Assembly: GCA_963668025.2 (NCBI GenBank)
Contig: CAXXTH010000010.1
Coordinates: forward strand, 224,001-288,000
Direction of reading: 5' to 3'
DNA length: 64,000 bases
DNA from: Candidatus Hydrogenedentota bacterium
Lineage (GTDB): Bacteria; Hydrogenedentota; Hydrogenedentia; Hydrogenedentales; SLHB01
The notes under the pieces were generated by a model. It saw only the letters and a list, made by a program, of their open reading frames with translations. It was not told where the DNA came from and ran no database searches. Made by a program: the position numbers and the translations under genes. Below are positions 1 to 9,999 of the stretch, one piece after another; the stretch's first letter is position 1; each line of letters opens with the position of its first letter.

Positions 1-519
1 CTTTTCGCGCCCGAGCCGGAAGTGGCCCAGCGTGTGCAAGACACCTTAAGAGCGGCAGCCGAGCTTCTTTTCGATGATGAACGCCAGTTCATGCTTGCGT
101 CCCTCATGATGGCCCAGGCATTGGCGGCTCTTCACCTCGCAGCTCAAGAAACGGGTGAGACGGTAAATGAACACATCCGCATTGTCGCCGCGAAGCGTTT
201 CATGGAGGAGCATTTCGCCCAGCATATTACGCTCGATGATATCGCCCAAGCGGCGGGAGTGGGAGGGCCCCATCTGTGCCGTGTGTTTAGAAAAGAAACG
301 GGCCAGACACCCTTTGAATTCTTGAGAAAAATCCGGATTGATTGCGCCAAATACTGGTTTTCCCAAACCGATGAAAAACTCGCCGATATCGCGGTGTATA
401 CCGGGTTCGGCTCTTCCCAGGAAATGAATCGCGCTTTCCGTAAACTGACAGGTATGAGCCCTCGCCCATACCGCCAGATGCTGCTGAACATAAGCGCCGC
501 CCCCTCTGAGCCAGCGTAA
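1..519 (+). CDS. AraC-family transcriptional regulator (5'-truncated by window edge)
   Basis: Frame open from base 1; AraC HTH signature (HITLDDIAQAAGV..HLCRVFRKETGQTPFEFL..RI..AK..TGF..AFRKLTGMSP); close paralog of 15074-15982. Confidence 0.9.
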   Translation, partial: LFAPEPEVAQRVQDTLRAAAELLFDDERQFMLASLMMAQALAALHLAAQETGETVNEHIRIVAAKRFMEEHFAQHITLDDIAQAAGVGGPHLCRVFRKETGQTPFEFLRKIRIDCAKYWFSQTDEKLADIAVYTGFGSSQEMNRAFRKLTGMSPRPYRQMLLNISAAPSEPA

Positions 520-562
520 GCGGATCCGGCTGTAAAACAAGCCGCATGCGCACCTGCTTGCG

Positions 563-1600
563 TTATCGAACCGCAAGGTCGTATAACGCGAGTAAATTCT
601 CCGTAGGCACGTCATCGGTTAAGTTTTGGCATGCCATGAGGATATAGCCGCCTTGTTCCCGGCCCAACGATGTATATGCGCGGCATTCGGCGCGGACTTC
701 CTCTGGTGTGCCGAATGGCAGAGTCTGCTGTACGTCGACGCCTCCATGAAAAGCCAATTGCCCGCCGAATTCGGCAACGAGATCCGGCAAATACATGCCC
801 GAGGCCCTTGCCTGCACCGGATCAAGAATATCCACGCCATCCGCTATCAAACTCGGAATTAACGCGTGAATGGAGCCGCACGAGTGGAACATGACCCGGC
901 ATCCATAATCATGGGCTAGATCGAAAAAGGCCTTTTGCGGGCCGCGAAAAAACTCTTGCCACTGCGCGGGCGACATGAGCAAGCTGGCTTGTGTGCCGTA
1001 GTCGTTTCCGAAATAGGCGATGTCCAGCATGCCGCCGCATGCATCCAAGTAAAGGCGGGTAACTTCCAGGTAGTATGCAACCACATGGTCCACAAGGGCA
1101 TGGACCAGTTGCGGCTGCACCAGCATCCAAGCCAGCAGATTTTCTTCTCCTATCATCCATCCCACTTCATGGAAGAATGGGCACCACGGCGAGCCATAGG
1201 TGGCATGCCGGCCATGGAATTGGGCGCACATTTTCCGAATGCCTGAATAATCCAGCGCCGCCGGATCTGGCCAATTGTGGGCGTGGATATCGTCCAGCGT
1301 GGCGCCATCCTGAAAAGGATAGATGGTTTCCATCGCGATATTGGATGTGTTCTGCTTCGTCCGGACCCCAAACCGGGACCGGACGAAGCCATCCTCTTCA
1401 AGTGTTGGCGGCGGGCAGAGTTTCGCATGGGAAATGCGCCGCATATCCACTTCGAGCGCTTGCAACAATTCCTCTTCACTATGCACGCCCAGACGCTCCA
1501 TGAGCCGTGGAGTGACATTTCCCTTCGCCAGATAATCCACTGGCGCACGGTCCACCGGGCGGTGTTCGATAGCGGCCAATACCCGTTCCCGTTCCGTCAT
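563..1600 (-). CDS. Uroporphyrinogen decarboxylase / MtaA-CmuA-like family protein
   Basis: MTERERVLAAIEHRPVDRAP start, NDYGTQ..LMSP..W, FHSCG, GGVDVQQTLPFGTPEEV, GGYIL motifs. Confidence 0.85.
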   Translation of the reverse strand: MTERERVLAAIEHRPVDRAPVDYLAKGNVTPRLMERLGVHSEEELLQALEVDMRRISHAKLCPPPTLEEDGFVRSRFGVRTKQNTSNIAMETIYPFQDGATLDDIHAHNWPDPAALDYSGIRKMCAQFHGRHATYGSPWCPFFHEVGWMIGEENLLAWMLVQPQLVHALVDHVVAYYLEVTRLYLDACGGMLDIAYFGNDYGTQASLLMSPAQWQEFFRGPQKAFFDLAHDYGCRVMFHSCGSIHALIPSLIADGVDILDPVQARASGMYLPDLVAEFGGQLAFHGGVDVQQTLPFGTPEEVRAECRAYTSLGREQGGYILMACQNLTDDVPTENLLALYDLAVR

Positions 1601-3855
1601 TATGGTTTTTCCTCAAGGTCCACCACGAGCATTTCATGCTCGTCAATTTGGGGTATGGTTACGCGCACATAACCTTGTTCCGTTTCGACTTTAGGCTCAG
1701 CTCCGGAAGGAACGATGGCCATGTGCTTGATCGCGGCAGGCAAACGCAGCGTGACATGGGCGTCATGAATGGGCGTGATTTCATCTAGCGTGTCCCGCTG
1801 GCTGCGTTCAAATAATCGCGTGGACATGGGGGGAAGGTTCAACAGATGGACCACCATGCGCTGATGTTCGTTCTGCCAGAAGGCGTTGCTGATGATCTGC
1901 GCGGGCGCTTCGACTTGCACCGGCGGCGGAGACAGTTGAATGAGTGAAGTGAGGATATGTTTGATCGAGCGGTATGGCGACTGGTAGTAACCTTGGGTCA
2001 CGTCGTCACATATATAGATGGCCTCGCCTGCTCCTATCCGATTGCGCACGATGGCCGGTTTGCCTGCGAGATCCGGCGCGGGTGCGAGGTAGGATTTGCC
2101 GGTTTCTGTAGCGAGCGCTTCCGCGCCCGGGAGCGCGCTGATCAGCGTCCGGCGCGTTTGCCAGGTGAAGCCGGGCAAGCCGTTGTTCAGCGCGGGCACA
2201 GACAACTCACGCGACCAATGCGGCGGTTCCAAATCCGTCTTATTCAAGGTGTCTTCGTAATGCGCGCCGAACAAATCGCCCAACCGGAAATCGTTCTGGC
2301 GGTTGCCCCACTCGTCATACAACGAGGTTTCATACGTGGCGATGATGCGCCCGCCTTCCTTGACATAGGTTCGAATGGCCTCGCAGGCCTCCGTGCTCAA
2401 ACAGGCCACATTGGGAAGCACCACCACCGGGAAGCGTTTCAACTCTTCCACGGTGAGCGTGTTGTCGAATAGATGGGCGTATTGCACATGCCCGGCCATG
2501 AGAATGGATACTAAGCCGAAGAAGGACTCCGTGAAGAGCCGGTCCGTGTTCCGGGGCTGATCTTCGCGGCGCTGCCGGAGCCCCCAAAAGTCGCGCGTGT
2601 TATTGCTAAGCACCACGCCGCAATACGGAACCCGTTCGCCGCCAAAATAGGCCTCGCGCGCTTTCAGTGCGGCATTGATTTGAGTATACATCTCCGGTTG
2701 TACGGCCGTGCCGGTGTGGACGCCGCCTTCCAGCCAAATTTGGCTGCCATACGTGAAGGCGCTCAATGCCGACATGCGCAATCCTAGCCCATCGCTGGGC
2801 GTATTGAGATTCCAAAGCGGTATGTGGGTGGATTCCGTGAACGTAGGCTGCCACATGTCGCATCGAATCGGATTCATGTCGGATGACATGGAAAGCCAGA
2901 ATGGCGTGTTTTGCGCTGGATTGCTAGGCTCGAGCCGGGCGTGGTTCGATGCGCCAATCACCAAGGGAAAGCGTGACAGAGGCACGGCTTCCCGCCAGCG
3001 GTTCCAGGAAAGGGGGGCAAACTGGCCTCCATGGTCGGCATCCGACACCAGCGGCGTCGTGAAATGCGTGTTGAACGAGAGGCTCACATGGGGATATTCG
3101 GCGCGCACTTGTTCGGCGACCCATGCGCCATTGGCGATATGCCGGTCATAACGCCAGCGGACCCAGCGGCGAAACGCATCTGATTCCCAGTCTTCAGTCA
3201 TGGGCCAATCCAAACCAGATTCTCTCTTCCAATCGGCAGCGCCATGGGCGAACGGCTCCCCCACTTGGTTATAGGATTCCATGCTGAAGCCATCGAGCCA
3301 GAGGCCGTCGGCTCCCAGCGCGCAGATTTCCTTGAGCGCCTGTACAAACAATTCCCGAAACTCCGAATCGAGTGACGCCAAGCGATATCCTGTGCGGTCT
3401 TCCCGGTCCCGGGGGGCATTGGGGTCGAAGCTGGCCGCCTGCCCGGGTGGAATATCCGCATACCGGGGATCTTTGGTGAACATGACTACAGGCGCATAGA
3501 CAATGACCCGGACGTTCTCGCGATGGCAGGCTTCGATGATTTGTTTTAAGGTATCCGGTTTAAAATTCCGCCATTCCGCGAAGGGGAAATATTTGGAAGG
3601 ATAGGTCGCGCCCCAGTCGTCGTCGAGGCCATGCACCATGACTGCGTTATAATCATGTTCGCGAATGACGGACATGAAGGCTTCAATATTGTTAGAGACC
3701 AGCGTGTGCGTCGCACCCAGCATACGCAGCTCATGCTTCGGGGAATAGGCTTCAGCCAGTTCCGATTCTGGCGACGCCCAGGCCAGGCTAGTAAGCACAA
3801 GAAAGGATATTGCCCATATCCTTGCCGCCAGCCCGAGATTCTGATGATTCCACAT
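1600..3855 (-). CDS. Secreted putative glycoside hydrolase (GHL6/GH42-like barrel plus beta-galactosidase trimerisation-like domain)
   Basis: Signal peptide; ADGLWLDG; VVVLPNVACLS...IRTYVKEGGRIIATYETSLYDEWG..DFRLGDLFG; VVHLLN near C-terminus. Confidence 0.7.
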   Translation of the reverse strand: MWNHQNLGLAARIWAISFLVLTSLAWASPESELAEAYSPKHELRMLGATHTLVSNNIEAFMSVIREHDYNAVMVHGLDDDWGATYPSKYFPFAEWRNFKPDTLKQIIEACHRENVRVIVYAPVVMFTKDPRYADIPPGQAASFDPNAPRDREDRTGYRLASLDSEFRELFVQALKEICALGADGLWLDGFSMESYNQVGEPFAHGAADWKRESGLDWPMTEDWESDAFRRWVRWRYDRHIANGAWVAEQVRAEYPHVSLSFNTHFTTPLVSDADHGGQFAPLSWNRWREAVPLSRFPLVIGASNHARLEPSNPAQNTPFWLSMSSDMNPIRCDMWQPTFTESTHIPLWNLNTPSDGLGLRMSALSAFTYGSQIWLEGGVHTGTAVQPEMYTQINAALKAREAYFGGERVPYCGVVLSNNTRDFWGLRQRREDQPRNTDRLFTESFFGLVSILMAGHVQYAHLFDNTLTVEELKRFPVVVLPNVACLSTEACEAIRTYVKEGGRIIATYETSLYDEWGNRQNDFRLGDLFGAHYEDTLNKTDLEPPHWSRELSVPALNNGLPGFTWQTRRTLISALPGAEALATETGKSYLAPAPDLAGKPAIVRNRIGAGEAIYICDDVTQGYYQSPYRSIKHILTSLIQLSPPPVQVEAPAQIISNAFWQNEHQRMVVHLLNLPPMSTRLFERSQRDTLDEITPIHDAHVTLRLPAAIKHMAIVPSGAEPKVETEQGYVRVTIPQIDEHEMLVVDLEEKP

Positions 3856-3899
3856 GACTCAAGACCTCCAAGGTTATAGGATAGCGCTTGTTTCGCTCC

Positions 3900-3972
3900 C
3901 GTAGCATGGGCGTCTCGCCCATGTGGCGATGGCTTATGACGTTTGCGTCATGGGCGAGACGCTCCTGCTACG
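3900..3972. repeat. GTAG-type REP doublet (inverted pair)
   Basis: cGTAGcatgggcgtctcgcccatg ... catgggcgagacgctcctgCTACg; same family recurs at about 16.2, 27.3, 52.4, 60.4 and 62.3 kb. Confidence 0.85.
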
Positions 3973-3999
3973 TTCCGCTGTTTTTGCTGGATGGAAGCT

Positions 4000-4028
4000 A
4001 TCTTGGCATAAACAAGAAAATTAGTCAA
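4000..4028 (-). promoter_or_regulatory. Putative sigma70 promoter for the 3855 gene
   Basis: Minus strand TTGACT-17 bp-CAAGAT in an AT-rich intergenic region. Confidence 0.4.
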
Positions 4029-4088
4029 TAGTTGTGTGTTTTTTATTAACATAAAATTCTATGGTTGATATATGTTCGGTCCAATACA

Positions 4089-4129
4089 TAAAACAAGGGC
4101 CGCAGCTTACAATGTAGCCGCGGCCCGTT
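4089..4129 (-). terminator. Putative intrinsic terminator after the prepilin-like gene
   Basis: Minus strand gggccgcggctacattgtaagctgcggccc hairpin followed by ttgtttt. Confidence 0.6.
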
Positions 4130-4148
4130 AAATTTTAGAAGGATGGAC

Positions 4149-5219
4149 TTATCCCATTCCGCCCATGGCCCACATGTCGCGGGACATGTCAATGGCCAGA
4201 TTGACTTTTCCATTACTCGGCTGGGGTTCATTCCAGACCGGATGTCCACTGCCGAACCGGACCCACGATACATGGCCGTCCATGTAGAGCACATTGGAGC
4301 CGCCGGGGCTATGGTTGAAGGCGACAATACCGGAGGACATGTTGGCTAAAGAGTTCAGTGAATTGCCCCAAGCGTCCCACATGACAGCAAGCGTGCTTTG
4401 CCCCACGGAGCCGGAAGCCGGATTGTTGATATCCGTGATGAAGAATCGCTCGACACCTTCCCGCAGCCGGTGGATGCTCTTTGGCAGCGGTGAACCATCG
4501 GCATCTACATATTGGTCATACGTAGACGGAATCGTGAGGTCTTCCGCGCCATGATGAGGGAAATGTACAATGCCGTATTTCCAGTTCTTGGGACATCCGG
4601 CCGCAGCCACGTTAGCCGTGCTGATGGTGGTTGTATCTATCGTAGTGCCCCGCATGCTCATGCGGAACATGGCACCTACTTGCGAAGAAGTCTGGCAGGC
4701 GTACGGCACATATAAGTACGAAACGGGGAACGACAAGACGGAGTGGAGGCATGCTTCTTCCGCTTCATCGGTGCCTTTGGTGGAAGTATCATCGCGGATA
4801 TATTTCACATATTCCTGGATGTCTTTTTCTGTGAAATTGGGGAATGAACCTTTATCGGTCGTCCACCATCCGTAGGTGTCAGAAAAGTCACTACGTGGAT
4901 CTGAAGGACAGGTTTTGATGTTCACATCATTCCAATAATCTGGATATAACGATGCGCTGTCCAGGCCGCACATCGATTCCGAATCCGCGGGGATATACTG
5001 CATGCCCTGTGGAAAAGCCGCACCTTTGGCTTCGCCCGCGTACATTTTGAAGATCACGCCGAATTGTTTCAGATTGCTGCTGCATGACGCCCGCCGCGCC
5101 GCTTCACGGGCGCGCGCCAATGCGGGTAAAAGAATGGCCGCCAAGATAGCGATAATGGCGATAACGACCAGGAGTTCAATCAATGTGAATCCCTGGTTGT
5201 GCTTCCGTCTCTTGCGCAT
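4149..5219 (-). CDS. DUF1559-type prepilin N-terminal cleavage/methylation protein with H-X9-DG-like C-terminal motif
   Basis: [43 protein letters not shown]; CPSD; [17 protein letters not shown]; start moved to 5219 after GAGGAGG RBS. Confidence 0.9.
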   Translation of the reverse strand: MRKRRKHNQGFTLIELLVVIAIIAILAAILLPALARAREAARRASCSSNLKQFGVIFKMYAGEAKGAAFPQGMQYIPADSESMCGLDSASLYPDYWNDVNIKTCPSDPRSDFSDTYGWWTTDKGSFPNFTEKDIQEYVKYIRDDTSTKGTDEAEEACLHSVLSFPVSYLYVPYACQTSSQVGAMFRMSMRGTTIDTTTISTANVAAAGCPKNWKYGIVHFPHHGAEDLTIPSTYDQYVDADGSPLPKSIHRLREGVERFFITDINNPASGSVGQSTLAVMWDAWGNSLNSLANMSSGIVAFNHSPGGSNVLYMDGHVSWVRFGSGHPVWNEPQPSNGKVNLAIDMSRDMWAMGGMG

Positions 5220-5307
5220 TAGAAAATCCTCCTCATCTAATTGTGGAAAACCCTCGTTTATTGACACCCTCCTGTGGGCTCTCTAGCTGGCGCGGCCGCA
5301 CCCAGCA

Positions 5308-5355
5308 TAAGGCCCAGCATGCGGATATTATGGCATGCTGGGCCTTAAAAGTCAA
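5308..5355 (-). promoter_or_regulatory. Sigma70-like promoter with a perfect 15-bp inverted repeat around the -10 box
   Basis: TTGACT(5355-5350)-17-CATAAT(5332-5327); taaggcccagcatgc (5308-5322) / gcatgctgggcctta (5333-5347). Confidence 0.6.
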
Positions 5356-5430
5356 TGAATATGTTTTTTTATCTTCATTTTGATTCATGTATTGATTTGT
5401 TTGCGGCGTGTATCATTGGTTTCCATATGT

Positions 5431-7590
5431 TTATGGCATGCTCGCAGTGGGCGCGTTTCCCGGAGCGAATAGGATCTTTATTATCGTTGACACGGGATCA
5501 GATTCGAGCCCAGCCAGTTGAAGCGCCAGCCGTTCGCCGTCTTGCTTGAAGGCAATCGGCGTGTTGCTGGGGAAAACGGATACGCTTGCCACGGCCTGGG
5601 AAATGGAATGTAACTCGATTGATTTCCGGCCATTAAGCCCTATTTTACCTCGTGGATTCTTTAGAATATGCAGATATAACGTATCTCCCTTCGCCACGGC
5701 ATAGCCCCAATCGCCGGATAACGTGGGCACGGGTTTGGTTCCCTTTATCGCGTCGAGACGCGGATGGAGCCACTCGCCGATTTTCACATGCATCTCTTCA
5801 CGGCCAAAACCGAAGCTGTGGTCGAGATCGCAGATGTATCCCTCGCCAATGAGGGAGACCAGGACCCGGAGCCACTCCTGCGGGTCTTGATAATCCGGCT
5901 CGCCTGGCTTGCGATTCGCGGCGCGTTCGGTGCCGTCCCACATTGCCCAAGTAAAGGGATAACGCCAGGTAGCGACGGGCATGTATTTGGGATTTCGGGC
6001 GCACTGGTTTTCCGGCCAGCGGGTCCAATACGGATCCGAGTCGTTGCTGCCTTCCACGGACACGACATCCGCGTCGCCCACGCAGTATCCGATATCCGGG
6101 TAACTCGCCAGGTTGGGCATCACAATACATGCTGGCGCAAGGGTTTTGATCAGGCTATACATGGCGTCGAAATTCCAGTCATATTTGTCTTCATGCAGAT
6201 GATGCGCGCCGTCCAAATAAAGCGCCGCAGGCTGGTATTCGACGCATAATGCCTGGAAGTGGGCGTGCAAGGCGTCCAGATAGGCGGGCCATAAGGTGAA
6301 GTCCTTTTCTTTTTCAAAGGCTAATGAGATGTTGTCGAACAGGCCCACATAGCTGCCAAAACGGACGCCCTGCTCGTGGAACGCTTTTACATATGCGCTC
6401 ATATCTTGGTGGTTGGAGAGTTTGCCGCCCAGTTTTTCGGCTACATCGGCGCTGTTTTTCAGCTTGTCCGCATCCATATTTCCGGGCCAATTTTCGGGAA
6501 GGATGAACCAGCCGGTGGTCGGATAGGCGAACGCATAGCCCTCTTGCGCCAGCATTTCCGCCTGTTGCACGGGATCGCCGTGGGGATAACCATATCCTTT
6601 CACGCCGTGGATCAGGCCGCCCAACTTGCCTTCTTCCATCCATTTCGTGACACGCGTATTCACCTTTAACATGAAATCATGGCAGGCGCTGGCGCCCGTT
6701 GCATCTTGCACCAAGATGCGGAAGGGGATTTCGCCTGTCGCATATCCGCTCACGCCGAGCAATTCGCCTTCCACGCCATCCATATATAAGCCGGAAGGAA
6801 GCGGAGTGGCGGAGGCTGCTTTCCACTGATACGGCGGCGTGCCGCCCGTGGCCATGAAGCGGAAAGGAGACGCGCTGGGTACGCGGTTTTCCGGCTTGGC
6901 GCCGTTGATTTCCAGCCAGACATACGGAAGCCCGGCGTAGGCCGTAGGCAAGGCATTGGTTGTAATACGCAATTCCCCATCCGGCGGCTCGGTGGCATAT
7001 TCAAGGCCGTCAACGGGCTTTCCGTCTTCGGTTTCCAGAGCGGCGTAAAAGCCCCAGACGCCTTTTCCGTTTTGGACCTTGAGCAGGAGGCGGTTCCAAC
7101 CTGTGTTGAGTTTGCCGCTGATGTGGCTGCTGTCGCGTTCGAGCGTGCGCATCAGGCTGTATTCAGAATGTAGAAGCTGTCCGTTCAGCCATACGCGGCA
7201 GCCATCATTTGAACCGATTGCGATTTGGACGGGCTGCTCGATAGGGCTCCATACGTAGACATGGGCATATGCCGCACGCATGTCTGTTGGCTCACCGGGG
7301 CTGCCGGACCGTACGGCGTTAAAGAAGGTATACAAATCCACATAGTCATCCAAATTCCTGCAATATAGGCGGTCGTCGCAGAGGAGCCAAGGCTTTCCAT
7401 CGGACGCCGTATCGATTCTTGGGGCCACGGATGCGGCGTCAAAAGGATCTTGTTCAAATGCGGCATTGTCTTTGCAGGAAAATGTGCCGCAGACAAGCCA
7501 AGTATTGATGCGCCGCTCCAGCGCCATAGCGGGTTGGACGCTCGATAGGAGCATAAACAAGAGGATAATTGATACAACCATTCGCTTCAT
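5431..7590 (-). CDS. Secreted multidomain GH29-like protein (beta-sandwich, Ig-like, fucosidase-like barrel and C-terminal domain), paralog 1
   Basis: Signal peptide; GSNDGCRVWLNG..GWNRLLLKV; GGTPPYQW Ig-like repeat; PAALYLDG; IGEWL..AIKGTKP..WGY..TLYLHI resembles the GH29 C-terminus. Confidence 0.65.
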   Translation of the reverse strand: MKRMVVSIILLFMLLSSVQPAMALERRINTWLVCGTFSCKDNAAFEQDPFDAASVAPRIDTASDGKPWLLCDDRLYCRNLDDYVDLYTFFNAVRSGSPGEPTDMRAAYAHVYVWSPIEQPVQIAIGSNDGCRVWLNGQLLHSEYSLMRTLERDSSHISGKLNTGWNRLLLKVQNGKGVWGFYAALETEDGKPVDGLEYATEPPDGELRITTNALPTAYAGLPYVWLEINGAKPENRVPSASPFRFMATGGTPPYQWKAASATPLPSGLYMDGVEGELLGVSGYATGEIPFRILVQDATGASACHDFMLKVNTRVTKWMEEGKLGGLIHGVKGYGYPHGDPVQQAEMLAQEGYAFAYPTTGWFILPENWPGNMDADKLKNSADVAEKLGGKLSNHQDMSAYVKAFHEQGVRFGSYVGLFDNISLAFEKEKDFTLWPAYLDALHAHFQALCVEYQPAALYLDGAHHLHEDKYDWNFDAMYSLIKTLAPACIVMPNLASYPDIGYCVGDADVVSVEGSNDSDPYWTRWPENQCARNPKYMPVATWRYPFTWAMWDGTERAANRKPGEPDYQDPQEWLRVLVSLIGEGYICDLDHSFGFGREEMHVKIGEWLHPRLDAIKGTKPVPTLSGDWGYAVAKGDTLYLHILKNPRGKIGLNGRKSIELHSISQAVASVSVFPSNTPIAFKQDGERLALQLAGLESDPVSTIIKILFAPGNAPTASMP

Positions 7591-7622
7591 AAACCATTCT
7601 CCTTTGTTTATTTTTTACAATC

Positions 7623-9974
7623 TTAGAGCGTGATTTGGCCTTCTGATGGAGATGCCGCGCTTCCGTTGACATACACCGATTCGAGAAATGAAAAAGGCGG
7701 CATATGCAATATGACGGCGGACGGTTGTTGCCGCGTGGGCGGCTCCACGGTTATTTCCAGCCTGTGTTCATCTTCACTAATCTCCGCTTTGAGCGACAAC
7801 GGGCCGAATGCGGAAGGCACATGCTGCCAATCGAATCCGCCGTTTTTGAAAAATGCCAGCGGCAGCATGCGGAGCAGATGGAGTTCATCTGTCTGATCTT
7901 CAATGGCGGCGTTCATCGTGAGCTGGATGAAGGTGAATTGGGAGAACACCGTGCCCGAAATGCCTTCCCGGGTTTCTGTTCCGCCGAAAGTCTGTTGGGA
8001 AGCGCCAGCGGCAAGGAGTCCATACAGCCCCATGGAAAACCGTTCGCGTTCGCCGAGTTCGAGGGAATGGTAGATATTCCAACTATAACAAGGCTCGCAG
8101 GAAGAGATTTCCCGGTCCAGCACCGCCGCTTGGGCATGGTTGGAATATGGTCGGTACAACCGCCATTGCGGGCCTTCCCGATACCAGCGCACACTGGCCC
8201 GCATGATGGGATCATCCGCCGCCATCAAACCCGCCCAGGCCAGGACCATGGGGCCTGTGTCCAAATAGAATGCGTGCTTGAGCGACGCAGGCAGCGCCTC
8301 GCCAGGCGAAGTGGGGATAAGCGGGACTTTTTCACCATTGGGAGCTGTCCAGGTGGGTGCGGAGGCTACGGCCTGGCGCAGAATGCGCTGGAATGTTTCG
8401 CGGTACTCTCTCGCCCAGGCATCGAGTGTTTCCCAACGCGGATCGCTGAGGCGTTTCAACAGCAATACGGTGGTTGACAGGCCCTTGTATGCCCATGCGT
8501 CGTTCCAGGTCTGCTGTTCCTCCGTCATGGCGTCATTGGCCACTCCAGCAGGCAGCAGCCCTTTTATGCCGTTGTGCAAGGTATTGAGGCGGGCTTCTTG
8601 AATCCACTCGCAGCCTCGGACGAGCGGTTCGAGCCATTTGTCGAGAAAGGCCGGGTCCATGCTGAGCAAGCCGTGGAAGCCCGCCGCATACAGAATAGCG
8701 CCATGGTCGGACAGCCAATCCACGGCCTTGTAGCGGGGATCATTGCCAAAATAACCGGGATGTTTTTCCAAATGCCGGCTTGGCGGTTTCACCGCGCCTT
8801 GGGCCTTGCGGAAAATTTCGAGATAAGAGGCCACTGCATCGCCATACCCCAAACGCTCCAGGGCCGCCATTTGCAGCGCTTGCGCCGTGGGCCAGATGCC
8901 TTGATACGAGTATCCGCCCGTGAGCAAGGCCGGATCGCCGATTTGCGGATGGCGTTCAGAGACCATGAAACTCAACGGCGCGTAATGGTCGAGATGTGCT
9001 TGCACATATGGTTCGGGAACATGTATGGACGTGGAAGTCTGCAACTGCCTGGCCCAGAACGTCTTGGTTTCCGAGAGCGCGCCCTCGAATCCTAGCGCTA
9101 GTTCGCTGGCCATTGTTTCGTCGTCTTCCTGGCGGAAGGGGAGCAGCACATCGAAGAACGCCCCCTTCCGGCATGGCATGCCCACCATGAGATGCTCGAA
9201 CAGTATGGCCGGCTTCGCATATTCAAAGTTATCTTCGAGAAAGCGTTTGATGGGAATCCATGTAACAGCGCATTCGCCTTTCGGTTGGGCTGGAATCGCC
9301 AGGCGGTTGCGGCGCCCGAATTCTTGATTCATGGCGCGCAGGAATCCTGGCCCGCTCAAATCGGCAGGCCCGGCATAATCCAGCGGCAGGGGATAAAACG
9401 GTGGTTTGTTGAACAGAATGATGTTGTTGAACGCATCCATGCTTGTCGAGATATGATCATTCTGCGGCGTAAGCACTACAGTCAGGCGGTCTACATCATT
9501 CAAAATATCTACAACATCCTTCACTGTAAAACGGAGCCAAAGGAAGAGCGGTTCATCGCCTCGCTTTGTTGGACGCCCGCCCTGCACGTGGGCGAATTGG
9601 CGCTGTTCGAACAACACTTCGCCTGACGCTTTCTCGACAATCAGCACGGGGGCTTTTGAATCCGCCCAACTACACCGGTGCTGTCCATCGGGATACCGGC
9701 CACGGCGGACATGGTAGGATGCATTCTCATGGGATACACTGCCGCCAAGATAGAATTGGGGCGTTAGCGTGAAGCCCATGAGCTGGTCTTCTGGAAACGC
9801 CCGCCGGTTGAAACCGTACGCGCCATATGCGGATGCCGCAATGGCTCCATCATAAAAGACATTGAATTCATAGAGGCTGTCCCGCCAGGAAAGGGTATTC
9901 CAGATCCCACGCTGGTCTGGCCATTCTTGCAATGCGCGTGCGGCATCCCATTCAATGGATGTGGTGTGTTGCAT
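7623..9974 (-). CDS. Hypothetical protein, possible (alpha/alpha)6 glycoside hydrolase-like
   Basis: Long ORF within the operon; Y.GIW, GLLPAG..D..W.DAWAY.GL helical-barrel-like motifs; C-terminal LHLLRMLP..F..VPSAFGPLS; start moved to ATG at 9974 with GGAG RBS. Confidence 0.55.
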   Translation of the reverse strand: MQHTTSIEWDAARALQEWPDQRGIWNTLSWRDSLYEFNVFYDGAIAASAYGAYGFNRRAFPEDQLMGFTLTPQFYLGGSVSHENASYHVRRGRYPDGQHRCSWADSKAPVLIVEKASGEVLFEQRQFAHVQGGRPTKRGDEPLFLWLRFTVKDVVDILNDVDRLTVVLTPQNDHISTSMDAFNNIILFNKPPFYPLPLDYAGPADLSGPGFLRAMNQEFGRRNRLAIPAQPKGECAVTWIPIKRFLEDNFEYAKPAILFEHLMVGMPCRKGAFFDVLLPFRQEDDETMASELALGFEGALSETKTFWARQLQTSTSIHVPEPYVQAHLDHYAPLSFMVSERHPQIGDPALLTGGYSYQGIWPTAQALQMAALERLGYGDAVASYLEIFRKAQGAVKPPSRHLEKHPGYFGNDPRYKAVDWLSDHGAILYAAGFHGLLSMDPAFLDKWLEPLVRGCEWIQEARLNTLHNGIKGLLPAGVANDAMTEEQQTWNDAWAYKGLSTTVLLLKRLSDPRWETLDAWAREYRETFQRILRQAVASAPTWTAPNGEKVPLIPTSPGEALPASLKHAFYLDTGPMVLAWAGLMAADDPIMRASVRWYREGPQWRLYRPYSNHAQAAVLDREISSCEPCYSWNIYHSLELGERERFSMGLYGLLAAGASQQTFGGTETREGISGTVFSQFTFIQLTMNAAIEDQTDELHLLRMLPLAFFKNGGFDWQHVPSAFGPLSLKAEISEDEHRLEITVEPPTRQQPSAVILHMPPFSFLESVYVNGSAASPSEGQITL

Positions 9975-9999
9975 GATATTCATCTCCAGTGAATCAATG

